Positions 41,812 to 54,979 of a stretch of 64,000 nucleotides of DNA are shown piece after piece. The stretch spans positions 17,484,001 to 17,548,000 of the forward strand of contig OZ249448.1 of NCBI GenBank assembly GCA_965235115.1, in the 5' to 3' direction. The notes under the pieces are model-generated. The model was not told where the DNA came from. It saw only the letters and a program-made list of their open reading frames with translations, and made no database searches. Each line of letters starts with the position of its first letter. Position 1 is the first letter of the stretch. The stretch is from Laetmonice hystrix. Taxonomy: Eukaryota. The translations under genes and the position numbers were made by a program.

Positions 41812-44800
41812 CGGTAGCCTGCCACCAGTCAGTGGGCGGCCAGCGGGGCAGAGGTCGCCTACCAACGGTTGGTCCTCCCAACATCTCCCGGCTCGCTGTC
41901 TGCTTATCTGTCTGCCTGGTCAGACTGCTACATGAGTGGAGATCTAGTAACGGTAGCGTGGATGTGACGTGCACAACCTCTCGCCATGCAGTCAAGGCCT
42001 ATCGTAGGAGCACGACGTTAGCCACGCTCGAGGTAGGCCTATATTTCCGAGTTTGCTCATCATATATATTTTTGGCTTTGGTCTAGATCTATATGCATCC
42101 TCGAAAGAGATGTATAGGCGATGTATATCTGTGTACCCACGATGTTAACTCAGACTCAAAGGAAGGTTGGAGTAATCGGTCAGGTGCAGTTTAGTAGACC
42201 TATAGGCTATATAGGGCCTATCGTGTATGTTCACTGACTCATTGTAGAATGAATGGGAATATCACTAGGAAGTTGTAATTCCAAGAGCATATCGATCTAG
42301 ATCGGACTAATGTTAAGACCTAGCCCTGTAAACTCAAAGTCATACAGATATGAGGTGTTGATTTTTCGACAGAATGTAGGCATCAGGTCACATGTCAGAT
42401 ATCTCCTGATATTGCCATCAAGCGGTGCTTCTCACCGCGAACTGCACTTGCAGACATTCTGGAGCCGGACGACCCAGTGCACATGCGCGTTGGTTGCGGG
42501 CGGAAATGCAGATGCCGTCTGCTGTGAGACTGGGAGAGATCGATTGGACTAAGACTAAGATAGATCCTATATTGGTGTTTGTTTGGGTTGGCAGGCGGGC
42601 AGCCATTATTGAGGAGGGAGGCAGCTAGGGAGCTTCACTGGACCTTCAAACCATCACCTGCTTCCAGGACATCTTGGTCTACAGCCTACGAAACCTGGCC
42701 TGTGATGTTTGAGCTAACAGTAGCCCCCTCCCCCCAATCTTAGGCCTATGCATGAGGCCTTTATATATACACCCCCCCCCCCCCAAGTATTTTTCCGGCA
42801 GACAGGAAGATTGGTTTTCTTATAACATGCTAAATGGCAGAAACGTAATAGATATTATAGGCCTATATTTAGGGGAGGAGGGGGGTGTATGACATGAGGG
42901 TGACTGCTGTGTAACACCGGTTCAATTTCCCTGCGGTTATGACAAATAATGATTGGGGTTAAGGCTGACAAAGTGGTGATGACAGGACGGGGAAATTGTG
43001 GAGCAACGATCAGCAACAGACTGTTTCTTTTGGGGTTCCCGTCAGTGTGGACGTGATCATGGAGCATGCATAATTTATTATCAGGTTATAAATCAGGTTA
43101 ATGGCACACTGCAGCGTGTCTTGTCCCTGAACCGTTACGACGCACACGTGCGGGCCACTCACCCACTCTGCCATCACCAGTTCCATCGGGCCCGCATGGA
43201 ATGAGTGAATTACCCCGGGAGCGTAGTTTAACCCGTTACTTGTTGGTTTTGTATAATCAAAGCAATTGAACCATAACGTACGGCCAGGCTGTGTTCGGAA
43301 TGCATGATGTGACTTATGCTATGGCCTCACATTATACACGGGCGTTTAACATAATCCTCGCACGGTAACGGATGCAAGAAAAATATGGTCCAAAGGCATG
43401 GGTAAATCATAAATAACTGACTTGTTGTCGGAATTGATTTATGGCTATTTTCGGAACCCGAAGTTGTGATATGAACCAAGAAAGAGCTTTTTGCATGAAC
43501 TAATGGAAACGAACCAGTGATGACATTAGTGATCGACAGAGCGAATGTTTTTGAACATAGTCGAGATTGGTAACTGAATGTAGCCACGTCATAGCGATGC
43601 TGTGAGGCGTAGACTGGGGATGCCCTTCAAGCAGAGGGCAAACATTCTCAGCCCTTCTCTGTTCACTTCAAGATTATAGGATGGATCATAAGCCGAGATC
43701 ACGGGAAACGCTATAATAAACACAGGGGAAAGTATAATTTTCATAAACATTTCGCTCCCATAGTGATCGTGTATCTGAACGCTGACGTTTGGCAGGATAG
43801 ATCTACCCGATATAACCGTATCACGAATCATGGTCACACCATGGATGTTGTTTGTGCATCACTCCATGCAGTGAGATATATGACCGTAGCACATGAAAAT
43901 ACCTTGCGCCCTCTCCGCTCCCGCCCACTTCGCCCTATTTCCTTCATACGCCATGCCTATGTTATGCGAGTGTTTAAAAAAAGAAACAGTAGGAGCCTGC
44001 ACTTCCAAGGAGGTAGGAGGTTGGAACTAGGGAGGTATACGTAAGCCTACAGATCACAACAAGTGAAGGACGGATTGAGGTTTCACAATCCGAAATTCTT
44101 CAAAATATGTTGTTAATGTCCTTATTGTGACAGGTTCTTTATTGTACCTCGTATCGTAAGCGTACATGTAAGTGTATCTGAACATATATGAATCAGCAGA
44201 TTCGGTGAAGGATTTTCCTACCATTTAAACGTTTACAGGCAGTCAGAGCGATACCAGAGCACCGTATATTCTTGGTGGACCACATTATCATTTTGTTTTT
44301 GCCACCTATTAAAATCGGTGAAGGGATTCTGTGATGCTAAGTGTATTACAATGTATTAGGGCATACATTGGGCAGAATAAGGTAACTGAAACTAGCGGGG
44401 CCGAGCCTGCTTTAATAAAACAATGCTCTAACTTTCTATGTACCCAGACATTGGTGTTTTGTATTTTCCAATCCCACGATTCGGTGCAGCCAAATTCCGC
44501 TTATAGCTATCCTATTCAGTTGCTGACGTACGAATAAATTTCTGCAGTCGAGACGCCATATGTTTGTAGCTCTGAGGTCTAATCATTTATCTGGGTTATA
44601 CGAGTAGTGACATTGATGTTTGCGTGGTACATTATATTCTCGGGTAATGTTATTGAATATGTCATCAGACGTACATTGTAATAATGAAGCATTATAAATC
44701 AAGAACATAACATTTCCTCCAGACTTCCCCCCTCCAGCTGTAGCCCATGTGTCTATACGTCTGGCAAGCACCATCCTTGTTCTCCAAAAAAAAGGTTTTT

Positions 44801-46208
44801 AACGGAGGGTTGGCAGTAGTTGTTTATTGTAAACAACACAGGTGCAACACCTATAGGCAAACCACGATATACACAGGCCTACTGTCTGCATGGCATTGTG
44901 CAGGGTGTATGGTCCAGTGTAGTTAACTTTTTGACAATGGAGCCAGGCTACAGGCGCGGATCCAGAGAGCTGGGACAATATGCCCATTAGACCCGCATAT
45001 CGGTCTATTACATGGTTAGATCGTTGAGCGCCGTATACATTTTGTACATCACTTGAGCATGTACAGTATTGCCAATTGTCACAATGCACAATGTCTCTAT
45101 TCGACGTGCCATATATTGACCTTCATATCCTCATCATCCCATCCTCTGACCCCACAACAACACTATACCAAGCTGTTGTTGTATTTACTATAGTCCGGTA
45201 GTCGGCCTAGTTCTGTTCTCCCAGACATCTCTCCCAGTTGTATCCGTTTCCATGAACCAGGGTATGGAACATTCGTAAATGTATCAGGCCACATCTGTTT
45301 CCGTAGTTTTCACCTTGACGCTGCCACGAGTCTAGGCTACATCCATGTCTTATTCATCACATCATGGGTCGTTAGTCTCTGACAGACTCAGCCCACGGAT
45401 ACGATCCTAGCAGGGATGATGGGGCTCAACGTGAGTCAGGGCGGGCGTGTGGCCACGTAACGGGATGGGTCGGGGAGGTGTGAGTAAGGGGGCCAGGGCC
45501 CGCCCCCGGGCTTCACCCGCTGCATGGAGGAGGGAAGGGGTTAGCAGGGTGTGGGAGAATGAGACAGGGACTACTGACAAAAAGGCTGCATGCGGGAATA
45601 CAAACTGCTGGCATATTAACCTTTAGTTTGATCCATAGGCGAGGTAAAATGTGGAACTTGTGCGAGTGATACAGTCGCAGCCGCGGGACATACTGTATTT
45701 TATGACTGCAATGTGTCTCTATAATTCTCCAGACAAACATGTATGCACAGAGGTAAGGGAATGCCCATTTATGGCGAATTTAATTTTCATGTATTTAGAA
45801 CCATTTGTTTCTAATTTCTTTAAAATATACCTCAATAAGGTTACATATTTTGTAAAGTTTTGGTAGAGCTATCTGGCTGGCACCATCACACCACGTATGC
45901 CGCCTGCACCCTAGGACTTACTCAGTATACTACTCGGATATTGTTTCCCCGTGATGGCGCAATTAGTGCCATGACTTAATCATGCATGGTACATCAGCAG
46001 AAATTAGCAAACCTACCATTACAACAGACTATAGAATACAGGTGTCGGTAGAAATTAATACAAATTGAGTCATTTTTGCGAAGCGTTGAAGCTTACGATT
46101 GAGACGATATCATATGTGTATTTTTTACTTTTATAAAATCGTGTTCCATGCAGTTATTATGAAGTTGGCCGAACTAAAAACTCTACAGACGTGCAGGGAA
46201 AGAAGAAC

Positions 46209-46310
46209 ATGTGGAACAGAGATAGCATTCAGTGGTATGTGATGAAAATGTGGCACAGAGATAGCATTCAGTGGTATGTGATGAAAATGTGGCACAGAGA
46301 TAGTATTCAG
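46209..46310 (+). repeat. 39-bp tandem repeat x2.6
   Basis: The unit is ATGTGGCACAGAGATAGCATTCAGTGGTATGTGATGAAA. Confidence 0.9.
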
Positions 46311-49300
46311 CACTATGTCTATGTGAAGTCGTGGGAAGGGAAGGCGACACCTACGATTCGTGATAAGGCATATCTTCTTTCTGAAAACACCTTAGCCTTG
46401 GGTCAACACACGCTGACTGCGTGGACACAGTTTTCTGATTTATTACACCCTAGCCGTACCAAAAGGTCCGCATGTTGAGGGACAGGACTGTGGGGATGCC
46501 GCTATCCCTGACACTGGGGAAAACCTCTCAGGGGAGCCAGCTGAGACGGCCTTTAGAGGGAATGGGATCGAAATGGGAAATATACGCCTCAACAGTCACC
46601 AATCCAGGATTTTTGAAGGGGGGGGGAGCATTCATTCAGGCGGCCAAAATATGTAACACGGTCACACTACACTGCCGTGCGGTTTTGAATTGAATTGAAA
46701 AAAAACTATGCTTGGTCCCCTGTGCCCCCCCCCCTCCTCCCCAATCCGTGCCTGCTCAGGGACAGCCAGGCTCAGATCGAGGTAACGATTTTGAAACAAA
46801 GGAGTTGACAAACTCACTTCTACACCAAAGGCCTATTACTTGGACCACCGGGCTGAACTGGGGCCTGTAGAAACAAGAATTTCAAGTGTCACTTGATAGA
46901 ATGTTGAACTGCCCTTGCCATCCTCCCATCATCCGGTGTTGGGTTAGAGTCGGAAACTTTTGCTGGTAACCACCTGATGTTATGCGATGACGTCAGCCGT
47001 TTCAAGCGAACGGCCTGCGAGAATTTCCTCGAATTGAAGCAGTTAAGTAAGTAGTTAAATAGCCGAGAACTGTTAAACATGTTGTGTTTGGGTAATAATC
47101 ACTTCGCCTCCGTTTAGGGGTTAACAGATGAAGTTGTTCCCATTGCATACTGTCAGGTGTTACTGATCTGTACCTGAGTATAGAAACGAGCCGCAGGATG
47201 TAGCCATGAGGAGGAGGAAAAGAGGACTACACGTGTTTGTTTGACAGATACGGGCCAAACGTTAACACAAACCATCCACACCTTCTTTCCACCTCCGTCC
47301 TTGTTATGACTGGCAGTGTGTTGGAAATAAACATACCGCAAGAAAGACTATCGGGAGACGGTCTCTCCTGTTTAACTCCGAGTGTCCCCTTCATAACATC
47401 ATTAGTTCTGTACTAGAAACTCCGATCTCCTTTAGGATTACTTCATAGGACTGTGGACAGAGTTGAAGTCAAACGTTGCGTGTTTTACATGACAATTAAC
47501 CCTTGATACGACACGTGTGATTTTAACACTGTCCACGTGCTCATCATGTTGATCGATGTTGTCCAGGCTGCTGCAGGCTGTTGCAGGCTGGCCATGCTAG
47601 TATAGGTAGATCCACAGCTGGCAATTGGTATTGCTTGAACCGTGCTTGTTTCTGTACTCTGAACCTAAGTTGTTACAACATTGAGGGCGAGGGTTCTTAA
47701 GAGGCCAGCTTGCTTGAGCTTGTATATAAGCTTAAAGCTTTTCATTGGTTGGTCTGCTGCAACCATCCAATCATATGTGTTAATCTTAAGGTTAAACGGG
47801 ATCTTCTGCTTTGAGGAACGGGCTAAAGGGTTAGAGTGTATCAGCATTCACCAATTCCCTGCGGCGGCGGCCATCATTTATGGACTGTAGATACAGTTAT
47901 TAAAATGAACGGATCATTTTAAAGTTCATTGGGTCACTTGGGTTTCCGGGAGGTCACAATAATTATCTGTTATTATATGGAGGAGATGAAGCGGTTAATT
48001 ATAACTGGGTTCATTATTGTTAGGCGCCAACCGGAAATACATAACCACGAGAAACCTTGCCGGAACCATCAGTGCCAGCATGGCGTAGAGCTAATATGTT
48101 GCTAACCAGAACGGTAAGGAATCAAGGTGGGCGTCTTGTCGACCACCAGGTATTATAAGACAAGAGAATAGGTGTTATACTAGAAATGAACTGCGTGGTG
48201 GTGCACGGATGGCGAATGGGTTCATCCTATGGGTTGTCCTCAAGTGAACCCGAACTGTACGATAATCGATAGGATGCTTGGATTGCTGCTATTATTTCAA
48301 GCCACGAGGCGACTGCACATGTCGTTTAATTAGACGCCAACTTGGTATCATTACCGAGGTGTCAAGATGGGCTTCTGGGATACATTCCTGTCGTGCGGCA
48401 GTCGACAGGGATAACGTACGGCCTATATGATCGACGAATACATTAAGGCATGGGACAATATCTGCAACGTTTGTGGCGCCAAGGATTCTGATGGAAACGT
48501 CACTTCGGAGTGGTGCAGACAGTATTTTCTGCGATTTATTCCTTGATAAACTTATTTTATTATGAATTGTGACAGATATAATGCAGTCAAGAAAAAGATA
48601 CAGTCAAGACAGCAAATACGAATTTATTATTTATAGGTGAAGCTGTAGATAGGTTTCATTAAAGTTAACTTATAATTGACCTTGGTGGAGGATAGTCTGA
48701 TGAAGTAAGGGAGCACATTGAAGAGCTAACAACACGAGTCTGTGAGGAGACCTATAATGTAGTCTCATACCCATGCCGTATATAGCAGAGTAGATGTTTT
48801 CACACTATAGTTAGTTTGTTATATGGTCTCCAACACTATAGGCCGTGAATAGGACAGTACAGGATTTGCCCATTCCAACACTACGTAGATTCTACATGTA
48901 TATAATGTCACCACAGCACACGAATCGCTGCCTCCAGTTTGGAGATGAAATCCCTGGCGGGAGAAAGCAGCAACATTCAAGGTCTCCTTGATGACAGACC
49001 TATTTTTGCACATGTTCCGGTCCATTACGTTAAAGACGCCAATTTCCTAACCTTTAGACATACAATGACATTTTCGTTTTAAACACGTAAAAATTTGTTG
49101 TGTGTAGGCCCTACCTTAATTTTGTTTTTAAAGGCATTGCATGCGTATTGTGTCTGACTTGAGGTCATGCAGTACAGTATGGCTCGCATGTATTTCGGCT
49201 CACCTCGATCAATATCGAGCCGGGCGTTGGCCGGGTCACGTGAGACTTTCTCCAGGCACTCTCCACACAGAGTTTTACATCAGTAGTCAGGACGATATAC

Positions 49301-51070
49301 GAGTATGGGAGATGGCAGTATGGGAGTGCACATCGCTGTGCCGTCCCTATAGGCTTGTACATATTTATGTTTCAAGGGGACAAGTACTTTAGTCCAGCAG
49401 AAATAAGATCCAAAATTTGACAGATTCGTACATTTTATGGGTGTAATTTTCTGCATCCATGCAAGTCAGGCGCTGATGATACGTGATCATGTGTACAATG
49501 TATACACCGAGTATGTTGGTGATAGGTCTGCTGGCTACGGCTGTGCACCTTTTTGCGGATATTGCACCTTTGCACTCATGTACATGTGTATGTATATAGA
49601 TCTACCCATTCAACACCTAGCTGTCACCCATTAGGGCACTCGAGAACGGTATTTAATGCCAATGGTATATTGACCGACAGCCTCAAACTCTTTGACACTT
49701 GGCTAACATTGTGAAATGACGGAGTCTTTGCTGGCAGGACATACAAGCAGACCGCCTCAGTCTATGGTAACCAGAGATGGAGCTCGGATTCTGGAGTAAA
49801 TATATTGCGGTTTCATGCCAATATATGGGGACATAAATCAGATGCCGAAGGGCCTGAAATTCTATACACCATGATCATATTGGTCCCCACGCCCGGCGAC
49901 ATGCTATCCGGGATCTCTTCATACATGGTTGGGTTTGTAATCTCACAGGGCCACAAAGAACAGCCACTGTCAGATCCAAGTCCTTGATCCTTGGGTGACT
50001 GATCTCCGTATCTATACGTGCTCAGAAAGCTGGGGAGAGTCCGACAATAAAGTAGTAGAATGAACCTTTCGATGAGATTGACGATATGACATTAAAATAT
50101 CAGTTTTCCGGCAACCACACCACACATACGGTGATCCATAACTGATAGGTCCTCTTAGGGTCCTCTTAGGGTCCTCAGGAACTTAAAATTTAAGTAGTAA
50201 TTTTGTAAAGTAACTGGTTGGAAGAGTCTCGTGGGTGTAAGCGGATACTAATTTGACATTTCGCTCGTGACATCCAGTTAAAGGTTTGGTATTGACCTTT
50301 ATAGCAATCCTTAATGACCATAGACCGGTAAGGGCACATGCCATCAATTCTAGCACAGTCCTCGTGGACACAGAACGCTCAGTTTAATGGTGCTGCTGTT
50401 TACCAACTTGGCATATTTTAATACGACCATTAATATAGGCAGTTGAGGTGGGGTCAGTCGTGCATGGCCTGAGGTCTGAAGAATCTGCCAAGTGTGGCAC
50501 ATAACCTGTAGAAGTGAGAGCTATAGGCCGGGGGTCTGGGAGCCAGGCTTGAAGATCAATACTCCATCGGCAACACGCTGGTTTACCACCGTGCTCGCGC
50601 CGCGCTACGTGCACATAGTACGTTCTCGTATGCATTATGTATGTAAGACCGGCGGTCATGAGCAAGTGTCGAGCAGGCAGCGGTCGCACGTGTTGGGGAT
50701 CCTGTTGTAGATCCTTGGTCAGTGCACTGTCACTTACAGCTGCACTGTGGTGCATTGACTTGCTGCTGGTGTCATCCGATTTGTTGGAATGGAATTTGTA
50801 TGGGGATTTCTGCCACCAAAGTTGTTTCCGACGGTCAAGGGTTACAGAGTATTGGAATGTCACCCAGTTGGATGATGTAAAGACGACTGGAATGTGACTG
50901 TTTGTGGGTGAAATTCTCCTGTCTGTGGCAGCCTTGGAGGGTTTCCTCACAATCAATGAAGTGCACGTATTTCGAAGACGTGACAAGACTAGGGCGTTGA
51001 CTCTGGCTCGTACGTCAAGTGTCTATATTGTAGGTGCTGTGAGGATGACCGTTACCGCCACAGATCTGAC

Positions 51071-51100
51071 CCGGAAGTGAACGGTTTGGCGTCACTTCCG
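51071..51100. promoter_or_regulatory. Inverted pair of ETS/GABP-type sites
   Basis: CCGGAAGTGA-N11-TCACTTCCG is a perfect 9-bp inverted repeat of the ETS consensus in a CpG-rich patch. Confidence 0.5.
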
Positions 51101-54100
51101 CTAAAAGAGCGCCTCAGTGACGACGCCTTCAATTGCTCTTCAATGCCAGCATCCCTTACTGCAGTGTCAGAGGCGTCGAGCTCGGCACCGGACTGAGGCG
51201 CCGCTTTCTTAACACACAGATCTATGGCAATCCTCCACAGTAACAATACACAGGAGACATGCTGTGATAGTCCTAGCGGTTCCACAACGTCAGCATGCAG
51301 AGATAGGACCCCTGCTTGATGGCATGATGATCCTGTGATCAAAACAATAGCACGGTAAAGTCACCTTGTCATCATAAGGTGGACAACGCAATAAGATCGT
51401 ATCGTTACCTGACATATGGAATGCTGCAAGGGTTTTATACAGGTAAGTGTGTGGCATGATGCGTGTATGTCCTACTATCAATTACTTCCATACCTGAACT
51501 GGCAGTCCAGCTGTAGGTCATTGTACAGATCATCTGCCATTGCAATCAAGTTGGTGAGGAACAGCCACTGACGCCAACATCCGCATCAGGTCACCGTGTG
51601 ATCTCAGTCAGAATCAACTGCCAACTACAGTAGAGGCGTTTGTTCTATTGGCCATGATTCACAACATGTCGTAATCCGTATTTATACGATGAAGCAGCCA
51701 CTGATCATTGAACATTTGAATGAACAAATAACGGGCAGAGCCAAACAGATGGTAATGGTCATAGCGCCTGTATTTTGTGCACTTTCTAAATGCATCATGT
51801 TGGCCTTTGACCCGATTTCTCATGCAGTTAACCATTAATGGTGCATTAACATCATGGAGTGATTGTCGTCGGAGGGTGATGAATGACGATGGCGTTGGGA
51901 AACGCACGCCTAGTAGGCTTAACGTTGGATAACGTTGGCATTATCATGTCAAGCAGCTGTATCCATGATAAAAAGAAAGCACGTGAGTTGTTCTCGATGA
52001 TGGACATTAGCCATACAGTAACGTGCTCTTTGAAATTACGGGCTCGGAGTTCCGAGGTGTTTGGCACAGATTCTACCGTCAGTACTTGTTGCTAATTTAC
52101 ATGTGAATAGGTCAGCACAGAGAAATGGTTGAATCATGAAACCATAAATGTAATTTATCGTTCCACATGTGATAATTCTCTATGGAGAACCACATTTAGT
52201 AAATTAGGCTGCAAGTTGCCATATCTCATAAAGGGGCCATTAACAATTACGTAAGACGACAGGGGGTAGGAGGACGCTTGGGGGGCCTTACACGGTAAAG
52301 GATGCAGTATGCCTTAATGTGTTTTTAAAAGTGGTGTCTTCCTTATTTTGTAGTGTTTCCTGCGGAGCCACCCCGGACATGCCGTAGTAGGCGAGCAAGA
52401 GCGAGTTTAACGAACCCGTTTATTGATTTATAACATTAAAAAATGTTTTTAATGATTATTGTTGGGGGGTATCATCCTGATCATCATTGTTAATTGACTA
52501 TGCGAACCAAAGATCGCAGGATTTTCCGTACTATAAGAGTGTAAACCCGCTCATCACTCGCTCCATTATTAGGCTTATCACATTTAATTACGTCCTGACG
52601 ATGTACAGTCAGTGTGGTGGGTGACAGACTACAACCTGTGGAGTTACAACAGGTGCGTGTGATGCTCCACCTTCTGCGAATATTGTAGATCTCCGTGACA
52701 AATGTAACATCTTTGAAATTACATTCCTGAAAGAGAGGTGTGAAGGACTTTCAACGAAAGTATGGAAAGTACTGCTACATTATTTGCAGAGGGATTCTCC
52801 TCTCTTTAAATTATTTGTTGTATGTCTATAATCGCAATGTCCCTGTCAAATAAATGTGTTTCGTCCAGGCAGACACAATAGTGTCCACTGGACCCCTGGA
52901 ACTTGACACATACTGGTCAAATATACAATCGGTGTATGTTTGATACGGGCCATCTAATACAATATCAACTATATCCAAAAAGTGGACATTCTGTAAAGCA
53001 GGGCATTCAGTACATTTATGACATTGTATGCGAGAAAGCAGGACCTTAGCTAGACGGTATAAATCAAAGACTAAACTGGCCTATAGAATCAGAAGGGACC
53101 GCCCCAAACCTGGCTACCGCTCTGGAAGTACTTACAAAATCAGACGTGGCGTCATCCATGCACGCCTACACAGGCATATATCAGACATCTTCTTACATAT
53201 ACCAATATATTATGATACATAAATTGTCTAAGGTCCATTAACATAGATTATACCATGCTGGCTGTGATATAGACGCGTCGATCGCCTACATATACCATAT
53301 ACCATGTGAATGTATGTCAGTTAATGGTCTAGAGCTTTCCAGTGGGACAGCCACCGTGCACATTCTCTGATAGCTTGGGATATAGACAATACACGGGCGT
53401 CATCATGTGCATATCTCTAGCCGTGCTTCAATTAATGATAGTTATCAACACGAACTGCTCCTGTAGCAATCATGGTCTCTGTGGACGGGAAAGGGACGTT
53501 GATGGTTGATAATGTGTTTCAGGGCCTCAAATAATTTTTGCAATGACAAAGTTTAGTAATCTGTTCGAAGAATATTCGTAATAGTAACCATATTGTCTCA
53601 AAGTTCCAGCATAATATCCTCTTCAGCCTCGCAGTACTTCCGAGAAACGTGTGTCTTAAAATGAAAGAACTCTGTGCATGAAAACCGGCCAGGCAAATGC
53701 AGGCTGGCTCGTAGTTGCATCCAGACGACTGGACGGAGGATCCCAAAGAAAGCCTGTCATCCCTAAAGCAGAGGGAAGTATTGACCGATAACCAGTGAAG
53801 ATTACCAACCCCATTCTCATTGTCAGCCCTCCAATTGTCATGAATGACGTCACAGTATCTAGATATCTGACAGGAGCAATGAATGGTTTGACAGGTGAAG
53901 CGACGTCCTGCAGGTAGGATGAGGACTGTCAGTAAATGGCGTACTGTATACGAATTCAGTGGCGTATTGTCCTCAACAGACAGCGAAATCTGCAGAAGGC
54001 GTCAGAATGGTGAGCTTCTTACAATGAGCCCTGGTGCATGTGTAGAACTATCTCTCTACTGTAGGACATGGCCAGAAAACGAAGACTCTTCGGGAACAAC

Positions 54101-54965
54101 GCATTATAGAATAAACGCAGTCTATAGCATAAGATTCTCCTTGGTGTATAAATTCACGTGTTCCGTATTTTTGAAGTCTCTAAATTGAGAGTCGGCTTGA
54201 CGCAGACACATAGCTAATATATGATTAGCGGAATAGTTACAAATCTGTCGTATATAGCCTAATAATTATAATTTCTCCCTTATTTTTGAACGACCAATAG
54301 TGTATTCCTTGGGGACCTCATCATGTAGTATAGGGCCTCTCTGGCATGTATTGTGATTGACCACGTCGATATAATGAAGGCAGTGTGTTGTTCTATCCTG
54401 GCGGCTGGCGCTGTCTGACCGGTATTACCCTATCACCCCGGGCTGGTACCGCCTGCATGAGTTGTCTCCCTCCCTCACTATACTTGCTCGGCCCGCGAGC
54501 GGATTACATGGTCTCGTTACAGAGCCACCATGAAACAGGCTGGTTGGCGGCCACTCAGAACAGGTTTTGTGTACTTGGTTCATAGAAGAGGCATTGTCTG
54601 TGTGCTATAAGAGAGCCGAGACAGTTATTATAGTGATCTTTAGATATTTTTAGCTCATCCCTCACTCTGCAGAGCGGAACTTAAATAAGAACATTTCAAC
54701 GTCTTTTTATGTCCATAAAACATGTATCATTTTGCGTTCGGAAAATCTCAGGTGAAGCGGATTCTACTCTATACTTGGTACAACTATAGGGGACGGTATT
54801 GGGATGTATGAATCCCGGAAGAGGTCCTATGTCCTGCTGGTGTCAGATGCCTGGCATCTTTCTCTCCGCCAGTGACTGTCAATCAGTTGATGCGGTGTGT
54901 TTGGAGAAAGCTCGGCTTACAACGGAAGGCGCTGATGAGGCATCTCCAGGTGCTGGGCGGGGATC

Positions 54966-54979
54966 CCACTAGGGGGCGC
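54966..54979 (+). promoter_or_regulatory. Consensus CTCF-binding motif
   Basis: CCACTAGGGGGCGC matches the established CTCF core CCASYAGRKGGCRS at every position. Confidence 0.6.

Noticed and set aside
50384-50986. 200-aa - strand ORF and overlapping 86-aa + strand ORF with a hydrophobic stretch
   Set aside because: I see no recognisable domain and no splice-consistent context, and GC-rich DNA yields such ORFs by chance.
52230-52260. AAGGGGCCATTAACAATTACGTAA resembling a known MITE terminus
   Set aside because: No matching opposite terminus was found nearby.
46988-53852. Two perfect CRE palindromes TGACGTCA (46988, 53845)
   Set aside because: About one is expected by chance per window, and there is no supporting context.
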